Origin: Dendrobates tinctorius
Taxonomy: Eukaryota
Assembly: GCF_039654945.1 (NCBI RefSeq)
Contig: NW_027361850.1
Coordinates: 6,510,001-6,574,000, forward strand
Length of the DNA stretch: 64,000 nucleotides
Direction of reading: 5' to 3'
Below the pieces are notes generated by a model, which saw only the letters and a list, made by a program, of their open reading frames with translations, had not been told where the DNA came from and searched no databases. A program made the translations under genes and the position numbers. Below are positions 25,131 to 39,901 of this stretch, piece after piece; positions within the stretch are counted from its first letter, which is position 1, and every line of letters begins with the position of its first letter.

Positions 25131-25424
25131 GATTTTTTGATTCAAATGAACCGATGCTTTGGTAGTTTAAAGCCTTCCAGTCTTCCCCAATGTAAACCTA
25201 CCCTTCAAATGGAGCAATGCCCCATGTTGTCTTTGAAAACCAGGACCTGCAATGGTCCTTCAGTGTTACATTGTGTGTAGGTGTCATAAGATAAATGTGT
25301 GAACATTCCCCTAAGGCCACGTACCACAATATGATGTAAGAATGTGGCACTTATTGTACAACTGCATGCCTCTGATTTCATAAATGTTATATCCTGTTCA
25401 TAATATCCCCACAGAAGGAAAACT

Positions 25425-25812
25425 GCGGCATGTTACATCAGATGTCTGGAAGGTATTTCCTTCTAGATCTAATCATACCCCTACAGATCAGCTGTTATGG
25501 GTGCCAGCGGCAGTGACGGCACCAGTAGGAAATATTCACTTGCGCACCTGGCCATCTTCTAATAGTGGCAGAGGATTGGTACTACACAGCTGCCTCCAAT
25601 TCAAATCAATAGAAGGCGGCTGTGCAGGACTTGGCGACGCCAATATTAGGAGACTGCTAGTTCCGAAAGTGAGTATTTCCGGCTGGCGGCTAGCACTGCT
25701 GACACCGGTAGCAGCTGATGGATGAGGGGGCGGGTGTCAGGCCTTGACCAGTCAGACATTGATGACCTATCCTAAAGATAGATCATCAACGCTAAAGTGA
25801 TGGACAACCTCT
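25425..25812. mobile_element. Degenerate Kolobok/T2-type MITE
   Basis: Right end tggacaacctct-ttaa; related to the MITE at 1850-2256. Confidence 0.45.
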
Positions 25813-27143
25813 TTAATTTAATTTTTTACTTTGCAAGCAAATAGTCACATTTTATTGCTTACTGGTTCTTCTCTTTATGCCATTTTTCGGTATCTTTTAT
25901 TTTGAAACAAATAAGTCAAACCTTCAGATTGTGTCCAAAATAAGCTCAACTGAGCGTTCATGTGTTTTCAGAGGAGAATGCATTTCTCGCGGTGGCTTAT
26001 CTGCAAGAGAAAAAATTGGTCTGTTGCCCCCATCATTGATACATCTATATATCACAAATGGAAGATAGATGTCTAGAAATGCACACGTTTTATTCTGACT
26101 GCAGCATATTTGTCTTACACTACAGAGTTCTCATGCAGGCATTGCTGTAATGTAGAAAACCATGACAATGTAATGTTCTATACTTCTCTTTCTTAAATAA
26201 AGCTTTTCTAATTAAATTTAAAAAAAAATTAACTGCCTAAGGCTGATCTTTCAGCCGACGGCCATCTCAGCCGACTCTCTTATGCACAGGAGCACTCACT
26301 ATATTCCCTACCACTTCTATATTCCCTATGAGAAAGCCACCAAACGATACGTTGGACAGCAACTTATCTTAGGAAGAGCAAGGAGCTCATCAGTCCGAAA
26401 CTGGACATGCCCCATCGACATCTCTCCTGATCATCAATCGGCCAACACCCCCATACACATTAGATTTGGGGTCAAAGCAGTCAATATCGGTGGGTTCAGT
26501 CGATATTAGTCTATTGTGTATGAGAACCTTTACTCTTATTTCCCACCAAAATAATCTGCTAGGGAGAACCATTCGCCAATATCATTCAGTTCTGGCTGAC
26601 TTTAATCTATTGCATATGAGGGGCTTTACAGTGCATTTTTTATTTGCTTGGAGGCCAATTTGGTATACGGCAGGGTTTGTGCAATTTCTTCTGTATGAAA
26701 TAGCACATCCAGCATAAAAAAAACCCATAAAATATAAGTAAATCCTTTTTTTGCATCAAGTTCCATGGTTGAAAGATACAGCAGGAAAGCATCCTTCAGT
26801 ATTTTATTAAATGTATACATCTGGTGATTTCCTGAGTATGCATTTAGCAGAAGCAAAATGCACTGTAAGGAAATGTCATAGATTACATACAGGATTTATT
26901 ATGTGTTTTTATTTTGACTCCACTAAAGGCACAGATTTTGTTACAGAAGTGGAATGCTAAAAATGTTATCACTGTTTATTTAAAAGCCATAGAATATAAC
27001 AATATTGTTTTTTGTTTTTCTTTTCTCATTGCTTTCCAGACAGGAGCTGGAAACATATCTAGCACATGATGATATTTTGGGGCACTTTGCATTTGTATGC
27101 CCACACACAGCTCTTGGTTTGTAACAATGATAGATTCCCATTA

Positions 27144-27701
27144 ATGTGTCACCTCATCTTTGGCCTATAAGCTGCGGCCACAGCCCCCGATGTAACCTGA
27201 AAGATAAGAAAAAAGAGTTAGATTATACTCACCCTGGCGTTTGGTCTGGTCCGATGGGTGTCGCCGTCTGGTCCGGCGCCTCCCATCTTCATACGATGAT
27301 GTCCTCCTCCTTGCTTCTGCCTCGGCTCCTGCGCAGGCGTACTTTATCTGCCCTTTTGAGGGCAGAGCAGAGTACTGCAGTGCGCAGGCGCGAGACCTCT
27401 CTGACTTTTCCCGGCGCATGCGCACTGCAGTACTTTACTCTGCCCTCAACAGGGCAGATAAAGTACGCCTGCGCAGGAGCCGAGGGAGAAGCAAGGAGGA
27501 GGACATCATCGTATGAAGATGGGAGGCGCCGGACCGGACCGCGACACCCTCCGCACTGGACCACGCCCCCAGTGAGTATAATCTAACGTGTTTTCCTTAT
27601 CTTTCAGGTTTCATCGGGGGTTTATCTACAGAATGCTGTAGATAAGCCTCCGATGGCGGTGGCCGCAGCTTGTAGGGCTAAAATTGGGGGACAGATTCCC
27701 T
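27144..27701. mobile_element. Palindromic MITE in the FAM167B intron
   Basis: Near-perfect inverted arms of about 250 bp centred near 27400; right end gacagattccct-tta. Confidence 0.8.
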
Positions 27702-28872
27702 TTATCAGTAGGAAAGTAATGTTGATCAAGCCCCAACTTAATGTGAAGTCATCATCAGAAAATGAACTATTGTTTAAATCAGACCTTTGTGTTACATATA
27801 TTTTTTTAAAAACTTTTGACATTTTATTTACATATCACAATGTGTATTAAAGATAAAAAGTGGAATTTACACACTGGCCACTGGGGCTTCTTTAGACACA
27901 TACTTACTCTTGTTTCAGGAAATAACACATGTACATAGATACAATATTTGTATCCCAACCCTATCCTTTGTATTGAAGTGTATTAACGAGTCTGCGTGTT
28001 TTTAACGGGACATGTACGTCTCCCTGCATGAATTACTATCTGATAGCACCCACTTACTTGCTAATATCTCCACAATTGAGAGGTGAAATAAAAATTAAAA
28101 GAAGTGTCATTCTGCTTTGCAGCAGCTATGACATTGTGTGTCCAATTGAACCTGAAGAATTTGATGAAAGGTCCTCTTTAAATCTCATTTACACTGCTGG
28201 TACTTTATTGCGCTAAATGCTTGCTTTCACTCTTATAAATACAGAAAGACATAGCATAGTTAGGGAAGGAAACAATCTTTTATATGGTATGTGATGGTTA
28301 AAATAAGTATAGACTGTCTAACAGATTGAACCGGTGGATGGTATTTTTAGTGTAAGTTTGTCATCTGTTTTTCCAATCATGTCAGCAACATTTGCTTTCC
28401 TTTATGCAATACATTTCGTATCCATTTTTTTTCATCATCCACATGTTAAGTATATGTTTTTGAGGTGAAAAAATATCTGATCTCTCAAAATGGAACCTGT
28501 CAGACAGTTTATGCTGCCCAAACCACAGGCAGCATGAATCAGAGCCTGGTGGCATGGGGAGAATTTGAGACTAGTCCAGATCTGCCCCGGATGACCTCTC
28601 CCCACGCCATTCTAGGTGATTGACAGATCTCTCCCTTGTGTGTGCATTGGGAGAGACCTGTCAATAAACTAGAAGAGTGCAGGGAGAGGCCGGCCGGGGC
28701 GGCACTGGGCTAGTCCCATCTCTCCTTTTAGTTCCTGGCTGGATCTTTAAATAATGTTTGATTTGAAACAACTTAGAAAAATGGCCCTGGCTGCAGTCAT
28801 GCATCCTGCAGTCAGCTTCTTTGGGGAGAATCAATACTTTTAGTCAATTCCCTTTTCTTTTCTTATTACTAG

Positions 28873-29238
<366 letters not shown>

Positions 29239-30596
29239 GACGTACCCATCCAGAGCAACATACCAATAACCAAGCACCGCTTCATTCTGGGCTAAGGCAT
29301 TTACATATAGGTTTGGAGCAGTTAATTGAACTCTTGCTCTCAGTGAGGAAAATCTGGCACTAGCCCTGAATATGTTTTCCAGATTATGCTGCTGCTTGTT
29401 TCAATGCTCTGTTGGCATAATGTTACCAACATTTTAAGTAGATTTTTATGTGACGCCTACTCACATTTCACTGGTATGAGTTATACTCCAGTGTTATTCT
29501 ATGTGGAAGCTAAATCCGCGATTATTTTCTCATGCCAATTTGACATGAGAGAACAATCGCAGCATGCTGTGAGTGCATCAGAGTATCGGATGGCCCACGC
29601 CCATTCAAGTCTATGGGTGTGCGTGAAATATCAGACTGCAGACGGATGTCATCCCAGTGCAGTGCGATTACCGCGGATGCCGGCAATAGAGGAGATGGAG
29701 AAATTACTTTCTCCATCTCCTCCTCACCTCTGCTGCAAGTCGTAAAAAGTATCTAAAACAAAATAAGTATGACGAAAGTCTTGAAAGACAGAATTCAGGC
29801 GCATTTAGCTTAATAAATATGATCCATTATATTTATCCAGTAAAATGAAAAACGCTTTACTACTAGGATACGGAAAAGAGGTTCTCCAGCGATGAGTCCT
29901 TGGATAAGTGAAACATCCAATTTTATTATAAAAAGTTTAAAAACATGTGTAACATAAAGGAAAAGAATGAAACTCTATATTGCATAGAAGAGATCGTCCC
30001 TTGGTTGTATATCCAACTCTCATCAGTAAGAAAAGAGAGATGGGCGCATGCACATATTAGCATTATCAAGGAACCAGTATAAAAAAGATAGCGGAGGACC
30101 GGACTGGGGAAGTATGTATGTGCAGCTATGCACACTTGTATGCTGCAAAAAGAGGACTTGCATTATAGCTAAGTCGCTACAATGGTGGTCAGTAGTAGCT
30201 GTTTAAATTCTATTTTTGGAAAGGGCTAGAAAGGATGTAAAACCCTCAACTATTAAATCTTCATTATTACGGATGACACATCAGTTTTGGGTTGGTTATT
30301 GTCCACAAAAAAACCTCACTCTGTTCAATGCTAATACATACACAGACTGCCTTACACTCCTACATAAAATAGAATTTAATTGAACAGTTTACAATGCTAT
30401 GTTTTTTTATGTTGTTCCTCTTTGAAACAGAATTTAAGAATTATATTGAGGGTTTTGATCAACATGGACATTTTGCCAAAATTTCTTTATATATTCCAGA
30501 CCCTTTCTGTCTACATTCCTCAAACCTTTTTCTCTCATCTTCACAAGGCAACTAGCAAGTTTGTATGGGGAACGTTGAGGTCTAAGATACTAGGAT

Positions 30597-31226
30597 TAGT
30601 GATGAGCGAGTATGCTCGTTGCCCGGGTTTTCTCGAGCATGCTCGGGTGATCTCCAAGTATTTGGAAGTGCTCGGAGATTTAGTTTCTGTTGCCGCAGCT
30701 GCATGATTTGCGGCTACTAGTGATGAGCGAGTATACTCGTTGCTCGGGTTTCCCAGAGCATGCTCAGGTGTCCTCCGCACATTTTGGCGTGCTCGGAGAT
30801 TTAGTTTCTGTCAATGCAGCTGCATGATTTGCAGCTGCTAGCCAGCCTGAATACATGTGAGGAATGCCTGTTTGTTAGAGAATTCCCACATATATTCAGG
30901 CCGACCAGCAGCCGCAAATCATGCAGCTGAGGTGACGAAAACTAAATCTCCGAGCACGCCAAAATACTCAGAGGACACCCGAGCATGCTCGGGAAAATCC
31001 AAGCAGCGCGTATACTCGCTCATCACTAGCGGCTACTTGACTGCCTGGATACATGTGGGGATTGCCTGTTTGTTAGGGAATTCCCAAGTGTATTCAGGCT
31101 GTCAAGTAGCCGCAAATCATGCAGCTGCTGCAACAGAAACTAAATGTCCGAGCACTTCCAAATACTCGGAGATCACCTGAGCATGCTCGCGAAAACCCGA
31201 GCAACAAGCATACTCGCTCATCACTA
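30597..31226. mobile_element. hAT MITE (outer copy)
   Basis: TIR tagtgatgagcgag/ctcgctcatcacta; 8-bp TSD actaggat/actagaat. Confidence 0.85.
30718..31028. mobile_element. hAT MITE (inner copy of the same family)
   Basis: Same TIRs; perfect 8-bp TSD gcggctac at 30710-17 and 31029-36. Confidence 0.88.
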
Positions 31227-31686
31227 ACTAGAATACATTTTAAAATATTGTGTTGTACCAAGAATAAAGTGGGGAATTGTCTGCCTGATCTAAAAAAAAA
31301 ATACCATCAGTCTGCGATTCTTATGAAAGCAGTGGACTGGTTCAGGTCTGTGGAAAATAAGCAATGGGTGAAACTGGAAGGGGACCTCTCTCCCTGGACA
31401 ACCACATTGTTAGCTTGGATCAACAAAATATAGGTGTAAACTAAACAATTAACAATACTCGCTCAACACTTTGTGCAAACATGTAAGTAAGTCTTAATCG
31501 CATCATCTATACAACGTAGGGTGGGTCCATTAACTTCCTTGATTGACAACCCAAATTTCCCCCCTGCTTCATGTGTGGACTCGCTCCTAATCTGGGATAG
31601 ATCCGTTGGGGTTATATTTAGACACGTTGTCATGGGATTGGGCCTTTTTCCTTTCTCTACAGAACTTGGTGGCTCTTGTCCAGGTA

Positions 31687-33279
31687 CAGTAGTGCTCAAA
31701 AGTTTACCTATCCCAGCAGAATTTTTGCTTTCTTGGCCTTTTTTCAGAGAATATGAATGATAACACCAAACCTTTTTCTCCACTCATGGTTAGTGGTTGG
31801 GTGAAGCCATTTAATGTCAAACTACTGTGTTTTCTCTTTTTATTTAAATCATAATAACAACCCAAAACATCCAAATAACCCTGATCAAAATTTCACATAC
31901 TTCATTTGTTAATACTGTGTATTGCCCCCTCTAACATCAATGACAGCTTGAAGCCTTTTGTGGTAGTTGTGGATGAGGTTCTTTATTTTCTCAGATGGTA
32001 AAGCTGCCCACTCTTCTTGGCAGAAAGCCTCCAGTTCCTGTAAATCCCTGGGCTGTCTAGCATGAACTGAACGCTTGAGATCTCCTCAGAGTGGCTCAAT
32101 GATATTGAGGTCAGGAAACTGAGCTGGCCACTCCAGAACCTTCAGTTTGTTCTGCTGTAACCAATAACAGGTCGATTTAGCCTTGTGTTTTGGATCGTTG
32201 TCATGTTGGAACGTCCAAGTACGTCCCATGCACAACTTCCGGGCTGATGATTGCAAATTTGCCTCCAGTATTTGCTGATAACGTGCTGCATTTATCTTTC
32301 CTCCAACATCGACCAAGTTTTCCGTGCCTTTGTAGCTCACACATCGCCAAAACATCATAGGCATTGTTGACCTCTGTCCAAATGTAACGTTTATGGTTGT
32401 GGCTAAAAAGTTCAATTTTGCTCTCGTCACTCTAAATGACCTTGTTCCTGAAATTTTGAGGCTTGTCTCTGTGCTGTTTTGCGCATTGTAGGCGAGATAC
32501 TTTGTGGAATTTGCGCAGTAATGGCTTTCTTCGACCATGCAACCCATTTTTCTTCAAGTGCCTCCTTATTGTGCATCTTGAAACAGCCACATCGCTAGTT
32601 TTCAGAGAGTACAGTATTTCAGCTGATGTTATTTGTGGGTTTTTCTTTACATCCCGAACAATTTTCCTGGCAGTTGTGGATGAAATTTTTGTTGGTCCAC
32701 CTGACCGTGGTTTTGTTTTTACAGAGCCCCTGATTTTCCATTTGTTAATCACAGTTTGAATGCTGCTGACTGGCATTATCAATTCCTTGGATATCTTTTT
32801 ATATTCCTTTCCTGTTTTATACAGTTCAACTACCTTTTCCCGTAGATCCCTTGACAATTCTTTTGCTTTCCCCATGACTCACAACTCAGAAACGTCAGTG
32901 GCTGGATGAAAGATGCAAGAATCTGTCTGGATCCCAGAAACTTAGTCAGCTTTTATGCCCACACTCTGATTACAAGCAAACAGGTCACAGGTGAGGATGT
33001 TACCTTTAGTAGCCATTGAAACCCATTTGTGTTATCTTCTGTGCATACTATCAGGCCAAAACAACCAGGGTATGTGAGCTTTTGATCAGGGTCATTTGGA
33101 TGTTTTGGGCTGTCATTATGATTTAAAAAGATAAAACACAGTAGTTTGACAATAAATGGCTTCTCCCAACCACTAACCATGAGTGGAGAAAAGGTTTTGG
33201 TGTTAGCCTTCATATTCTCTGAAAAAAGGACAAGAAAGCAAAAATTCTGCCGGGGTATGTAAACTTTTGAGTACAACTG
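31687..33279 (-). mobile_element. Tc1 transposon with ~200-bp TIRs and disrupted transposase
   Basis: TA-cagtagtgctcaaaagtttac ... gtaaacttttgagtacaactg-TA. ORF pieces MGKAKELSRDLR..., QHDNDPKH, PDLNIIE. Confidence 0.93.
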
Positions 33280-33289
33280 TAGGCGTCCA

Positions 33290-33950
33290 TCATGGTCTCA
33301 CGGGGCAGTAGTGGGAAAACAGGGGACAAAGAACCTGGGCCCCTGAACTGCCCCTCAGGCTAATGGGGTGCCCTGACTTTCCTTAACTTGGGGGTACACT
33401 TGATGGTAGTGAGGCCCAAGTCCCCGACCTGTCCCTATCTCCTGTTTATCCCTGAGCTAAACCCCCAAACCCCTCCCCAGGAGGTGAGACAGGGAAAAAA
33501 GTGAACTGCACCAAAAACCAAAGGAAAGATAAAACAGACACCTCGGGGTTAAATCAAGTAAAAAAACAAAACTTAGCTTTATCTGCACCGTACAGCAGAG
33601 TAAGGCTCCGGAACTCCGCTTTCAGCAGAACCACCACTGCTCCTGATAAGCTGAAGCACCACTGCACCAGGTAGCTCCAGTCTTCACCACGGTTGGTATC
33701 AAAAGGAAGTGTATCACCAACCCGTCGATACCTCAGGCAACCTTTTATAGGAAGGAGGGAGTGGTCACCACCTGCTGACTAACTAAACATGTAGTAACAC
33801 CAGCGACCACTGGGGGGAAAACCCACCAGCAGACTAAACTTGTAGTAACACCAGCGGCATAAACTGATTTTAACCCTCGACAGCCTGAAAGGAAAAAAGT
33901 TTATATCAGAGCAGCCCAAACTGACAGATCCAAAAATGGATCGTGACACA
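33290..33950. mobile_element. Probable LTR fragment
   Basis: LTR-like composition with cttttatagg TATA-like motif. Ends not resolved. Confidence 0.3.
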
Positions 33951-34329
33951 TGGTTGGCATATTTGTAGCTCGTCATTTGTAAATTCTCACATATCTCTGA
34001 CACGTATGAAGGATGAACCCACTCTGTTTGAAACCTTAATTACTCAAGTAGGTCCTTGTAGTAAACTATCTTATATATACAAAGCAACAGAATGACTCTA
34101 CCGTTTACTGGGCCTTGAGAGAAGGAATTGGGTAGTCAAATTTCAGAGGAGGATAGGAGGATTGGCAAAATGCATTTATACTCTCCCACAAATTACTTAT
34201 TACACCGTGCTCAGGACAAAAGCTATAAGATTATATCTAAATGGAACCATTATCCCACTATGCTACATAAGATCTTTCCCTAGGTGTCCTCATTAATGGG
34301 GTCAAGCAGAGAACAATACCCCTGTTTTC

Positions 34330-35268
34330 TGGTGACATTGGTCGGTCTCCGGTACATTCCACGGCCCCTAGTACATATACTGTAGTTTCCTACAAAGGTA
34401 AGGGCCATGACTACTGTCTTAAGCTCGACGAGACTCCTTCACAACTCTTCTCATAGTCTCGGTCAAGGGAGCCCAAAGTGGCTGACGGTAAAAGGGGTCA
34501 CGATCTGGTACAGGCTCCACGTGGCCCAGGAGTTGTCTAACGGCACGGTCAGGGTACAAGGGTCTGTCTTGTCCTCGGTCACTTGTATGGGGCATGTGTG
34601 TTATACTCACGGACACGGAGCGTTCTGTGCCTTGCTTTCTGACAGTCACCGGACTCACGCTGTACATTCCTTTCTCTCTGGTCCCTGCTGTTGGCAGCAG
34701 ACGATAACTGGCACTAGCTTGCACACAGCTGATGTTCTCAGGACTTGGCACTTCTCTCTCTGGCTGCTGCACAGCTGGCTCAGCTCTACTCGGTGTGCAC
34801 GTCTCAGCTCTATTTACATGGCTCAGTTCTGCATGGTTCTGCCTGGGGTATACAACCCTGCTCTGCTCCGCATTGCATGGCTCCGCAGCTGTCTCTCTCC
34901 GGCGTATTACTGTACACACTTGGCTCTGCAGACGACGGGGCCCTCTCTATGTCGCCTGCTACAGCCAGTACTCTCTGAGGGAAGGGAAGGCATAGGGCGT
35001 CACTCACCGCTCTGCGCGCTGCTCTGCCCTGGCTCCAAACTCCTTTGTTTCGTGCGCTTTCCGTTTTTATCTGCCTGCTGCTGAGCGCCCTTTTCTGGCT
35101 CTCCCTGCCCTCTCCTGTCAGCAGGAAGCTCTGTCTCTCCCCTGCTTCCCCCAGTCCGCCCCACTCAGGCTTCTCCCCGGGAACAGAGGATGCAGCCTTC
35201 CCAGTTCCGGACCCGGCATGCAGGTACCCGAGGTCCGGTCTATCTCCTTACACTTGTACATGGTAACA
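34330..35268 (-). mobile_element. Probable LTR remnant
   Basis: GC-rich block with short internal repeats ending ...ggtaaCA. TSD not found. Confidence 0.3.
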
Positions 35269-37867
35269 ATCGCCTCAAACCTTTTCATTGCCAATGGACA
35301 TGTTGGATATTATTCAGTGAGGGGAATGACCTGGCAGTCTGGTTGTCAGAAAATAATACTTAAAATAGAATGTTGCAGGAGATGTGGTCTCCTCTGAAGT
35401 GCTGGTTTTCAAAAACTCGTGGTGTTGTTTTTGTTGTTACCCCCCCACCTCCTTTTCTTTCCTAATCTTTCACTTTCCACCCTAACATTAGTCTAATGTT
35501 TATGGAGGCCCTCAGCTCTCGCCGGACAAATAATGTCAGGATGATAAGGATCCAACACGTCTGATTTCATACTGCTGATCTTTTTGTTCTCTAAGGTATA
35601 AGCCACCGCCAGACATGTATGCCACCAGCTCTCTCATAGTGAACACAGAAGCACTCAGCAGTGCAAGCTCCTTTGTATGGTATAGTAGAGCAAGATAGAT
35701 ACCAGCAGAACACACGTTCAGCTGACAGCGATCTAAAATGTATGTTGTCTTATGTCCTGGTAGTTTCACATTCACGATGGTGCATAGATTATGTATTAAT
35801 CTTAGCAGCGCTGCATCCCTACCTATGATTGTGTGTTGTTAACTGTGAAATTGGCTTAAATAAAGAATTTATAAAGCAGTTTTGTTAAGGTTTTTGTTTT
35901 TTTTTGCAAAATATGCCATATGATATCCACTTTTCTTTACAAGCTAACTGTGCCCTAAATCTAAAAAAAATACTAAGTAACCAATGCCAATGAAAATAAG
36001 AAGCAGGTAAATATTAACCAAAGTTAGTTACATATAACTTTTATGTTCAATGTGTAATATATCAATAAATGCAGCATAAAACATGGGCCAGAATGATAAT
36101 GATTATATTTTTCTGCTCATGGGATTGGCATGGCGATTACATCAGATCTCATAGTGAAGATCCTCCCAACCTTGCTTGATTGAATACGTAAGTCCTTTTG
36201 CAGGATGATCCACCATGTCTCAAGAGACAATGTTTAGATAAAGTTTGCCCGACTGAAAGTAAAAGTTGTTAAAAAATGTGTCTGTATGCTATAGAGAGGA
36301 GTTGGAAATATATTCTTTTTTATTATGAGAATTGGCAATGGTAAGATCCTCTTCTTTTTATGTGGTAAGTTTGCGTACGGACGTGGTATTTAGGAGGACC
36401 TACGCCCAGTGAGAATCATATTGATTCTGTATCGATATTTTTATGATGTTCTTGTGAATGTATGGTCTGCTCACTAACCAGAAATTCTTGCATCACCTGT
36501 TATCCCAGTTTCACAACATGTAGCAATGTTTGAAGAGAGGTTTGGTGTCCATGACTTAAAAGTAAGGATTGTATGATAACTCTGTAATGTGTGACTCAAA
36601 GTAGCCAATAACTTGTCATTTGTAAGGCTTCAGAATGGACAAAATTGGTGACAACTGACTATTGGTTGGCAGTAGCATCGAGATCAGTGGCAGGATGCAA
36701 TGCTTGTTTGGGTTGATGAAGTTCAAGACCTGAAGCTGAGAATTAAGAGGTAATTAGCAGAAAATTTCAAACAGTGATTAAAGAAGAAGCACAAAGTAGA
36801 TTTCTTCACCAAAAGTATCAATGTAATCAGTATTTCAGCCATACTTTATATTACAAAATTGTGCTGAGGAGTTCAATTTAAATGTCAGATCTTACTACAG
36901 TGGCCGTGATCATTAAGACTAACGCGCACAACACTATCCTTAATGATCCTGGGCCTTTATGTCTAGTTCTTGCATGATTGTATGGATCACACAATTATGT
37001 GTCATAAGAATGTCTTTGTGGTTATTCCTATCTTTAGTGTGAAAATTACCATTGAAGGTGGGAGGAAATGGGCTTTTAAAATCTTGATATAAGTAAAGAA
37101 GGCAAAGAGAAATACCAGAAGTCAAGTAGAAAATAAAACACATAGAAAATGACTCAGCATCCGCAGATTCAGGTAGCAAGAACTTCATATTTATTGGAAA
37201 ACACTTAAAAAAGAGTAAAACTAAAATATCAAATGTATAGGAGACACCAGAGTCCTGTACGAGTTCGAAATGTCATGATTAAGAGTTCTGTACAGGTCAC
37301 ATGTCCAAAATTACTTATACTGCACTGTATGTGTCACCGTTATTTGATAACTTCTATGTCATTGGTAGTTTGATTGTGTGTTCACATTTATGAACGTCAC
37401 TCCGCTATATGTTGGACTGTAGGATAAGGCTGTGACAGATTGAGAAAAGAAACCTCAGCACCCATGTATCTTCACATAAACTCTTCTTTATTTTATCAAG
37501 TAGCAGATACAGAGGATGCATCTTCACCCATCCCCCACACCTTTTATAACAACTATGACTGGCTGGCAGCCATCTTGGCTGTCTCTCCTATACACAGAAG
37601 TGCCTATTCAGCCGAGCTCCACCGTGCTGTCTATAAGAGCGCTGTAGCGATACACAGCAACAACTTGTCTCCAGGAGGCGATACAATCAGCAATCTGAAA
37701 TAGGACATGCCTGATCGATATTTCCCCTGCAATAAATTGTCTGATGCCCCATATACATTAGACTGTCATTGAACCTGTCAATATCGTGGGGCTTTGCAAC
37801 ATTTGTCAAATGTGTATGGGGGCTTAAATGTACATGATATTTTGAATTTTCGCACTTGCTATGTTCT

Positions 37868-39170
37868 TGTGGCGCCCCTGAGGCTCAGTCGCCACAGAGG
37901 TACTGCACCTTCTCCTAAGGTGTGGTGCCCCACCATCCAGGTAAGTTGGAGGCTCCTGACCACGCTCCAACACACGCACCCCACACAATAGAGTAGTTCA
38001 GCATAACCATATTGCGGCTCCTTGCTTAGAGAGTAGCAGAGCACCTTTGGTGGTTCCCTGCTTGGAGCACTAACGTGCTGGGAGGCGGGTGGAGTTTACG
38101 ATACATAAAAGAGCGGGATGGTTTAGGATTACAGGTCAGTCTGACAGGAGGTCAGTCGGAGGGAGGAAGTCACTCAGAGAGGAGTGAGGAAAGGAGATCC
38201 CTGGAAGAACGGATGGAGGAAGGAGTGCTGCAGCTGCCTCAGTGACCTGAGCCAGCTGGCACGGGAAAGGAAAGGAAAGAAGGAGAAAGACGTAGAACTG
38301 AAACCTGAGCTTCCATAGAGGGAAAAGACAAGTACGGAACGTACGCGTGAAAGGGAACACAGAGGACGTGGGTTAGAGGAAGAACCCTACCTAGAAGTTC
38401 TAAGCGCAAGGCCGGGGACCGGTCCCCGAGGTTGTATGAACACTAATGGTTCTGCAGCAGACACCGGTGGAGTAGTGGGCTGTAAATGCACTACTCCCAT
38501 TTAAGACTTGGGGCACAACAGCAACACGGATAGAGAGCCGGGAGTAGAAAGTCCCCGAAGCAGGCTACAGCTGTCTGCCATACAAGTAGAGTCCTTGGTA
38601 ACATCTGTCAGGAGGAACTCCAGTGTAACTCAGTACTAGGAGATCTTCACACTTAAAGGCGCTATAGAGGAGACGTTCAGAAAAGGCACATAAGTTGGCG
38701 GAGTGTGAAAGGGAGCTTTCCATCTTGCCTGGAGGTTGACTGAGTCCCTGACCCGGAGAACACGGTACAGAAGTGGGCATTACAGACTTTGAGTAAAGCT
38801 TTGGAACTACATGCCCTGGTGTCCTCCATTCCTTCCTGCGTCCGTCCGCCTGGCACTGCTACATCCCCTGCGCCGGACACTACACCATCTAAGTGTCCCC
38901 ACATCTACACTGCCCTGGGACAATGGCCCTGCCTGTGGAGGGCTATACTATCACTGCTGCACCACACCATCTGTCCCAGAGGATCTGTCTGCGGCGTTGG
39001 CTTAACACCTCCCTTGCCGAACACCACAGGTGGCGTCACGAACTATTCACCATTAATATATCGCCATTACTTGGGTGCCCAGGGCCACGGTCCGGGTCAC
39101 CGCTGCTGTGACACATCCCACTGATACCGGCCCGGTACCGAGTACCCCGCAGCCCTGGGAGGGCGACCCA
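37868..39170 (+). mobile_element. Solo LTR, family A, intact 1303 bp
   Basis: TGtggcgccc...gggcgaccCA with perfect TTCT TSD (37864-67 and 39171-74). Confidence 0.93.
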
Positions 39171-39901
39171 TTCTCTTCAGAATTAAATGGCCAAACAGCC
39201 AAAATTCTTCCTGTATTGTAAAAAAAATACAGAATTTGCAAGTGAGTCTTTAAATAGAGCCTCAACCAAATGTGTACATAGCTGCTGTGTGCAAGAATAA
39301 AATAAAAACAATACCACTAACAATAAATACTTTTGACTTCCAAATACAGATGCACCATATGTTTATGTACTGGTGAGGTAGCGGTAAAACTGTTTTTATC
39401 ATATGCTATTTCTGTGCATCTCATCGGTTCATTTGCCTTGGTAGCCTATGCCTAGCTGCTAATGAAACGGGGGCCAGGGCAGTAGTCGTGACTAGCGGTG
39501 ACAGCTCTGGCACACCCTGCCTCCTCGCCACATTAACACATTGCAGTTCACTCACTTGTGAGTCGGGGTCCTCTCCCTCCGGCCGGGGCTCCTTTTCTTT
39601 CAGCATCACACAATGATACTCAGCTCGCCCAGTTTAGTCACAGAAACAGCACAAGATTCATCGCAGAATATAACCATTCCGTTCCCTGTACTGTCCCTCA
39701 CTCCTCCAGGAATATTACATTTTCGTACTGCATCCACCGTTACCACAGCTTCCTGACTGGTCAGCCTAACCCGCTTCAGGAGTTCCCCGCCCACTTCCCT
39801 CTCTGAAGGCGAAGTTGAAGGATGGCTCTCCCAATCCTTTCTAGGCCGTAGGCCTCAGACATTAAGGATTGTTTCCACGAAGTTAGCTGCTACCATTCTA
39901 A

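Larger units (their letters stand above)
30440..31684 (+). mobile_element. Decayed L1 ORF2 fragment (post-RT region); further remnant probably at about 33990-34290
   Basis: INMDILPKFLYIFQTL..IPQTFF...KFVWG, LPDLKKY, KQWVKLE. Confidence 0.65.

Noticed and set aside
27146-27586. Matching ORFs on both strands
   Set aside because: Artefact of the palindromic MITE.
34407-35084. 225-aa and 166-aa overlapping ORFs
   Set aside because: No recognisable domain; GC-rich repetitive LTR-like sequence.
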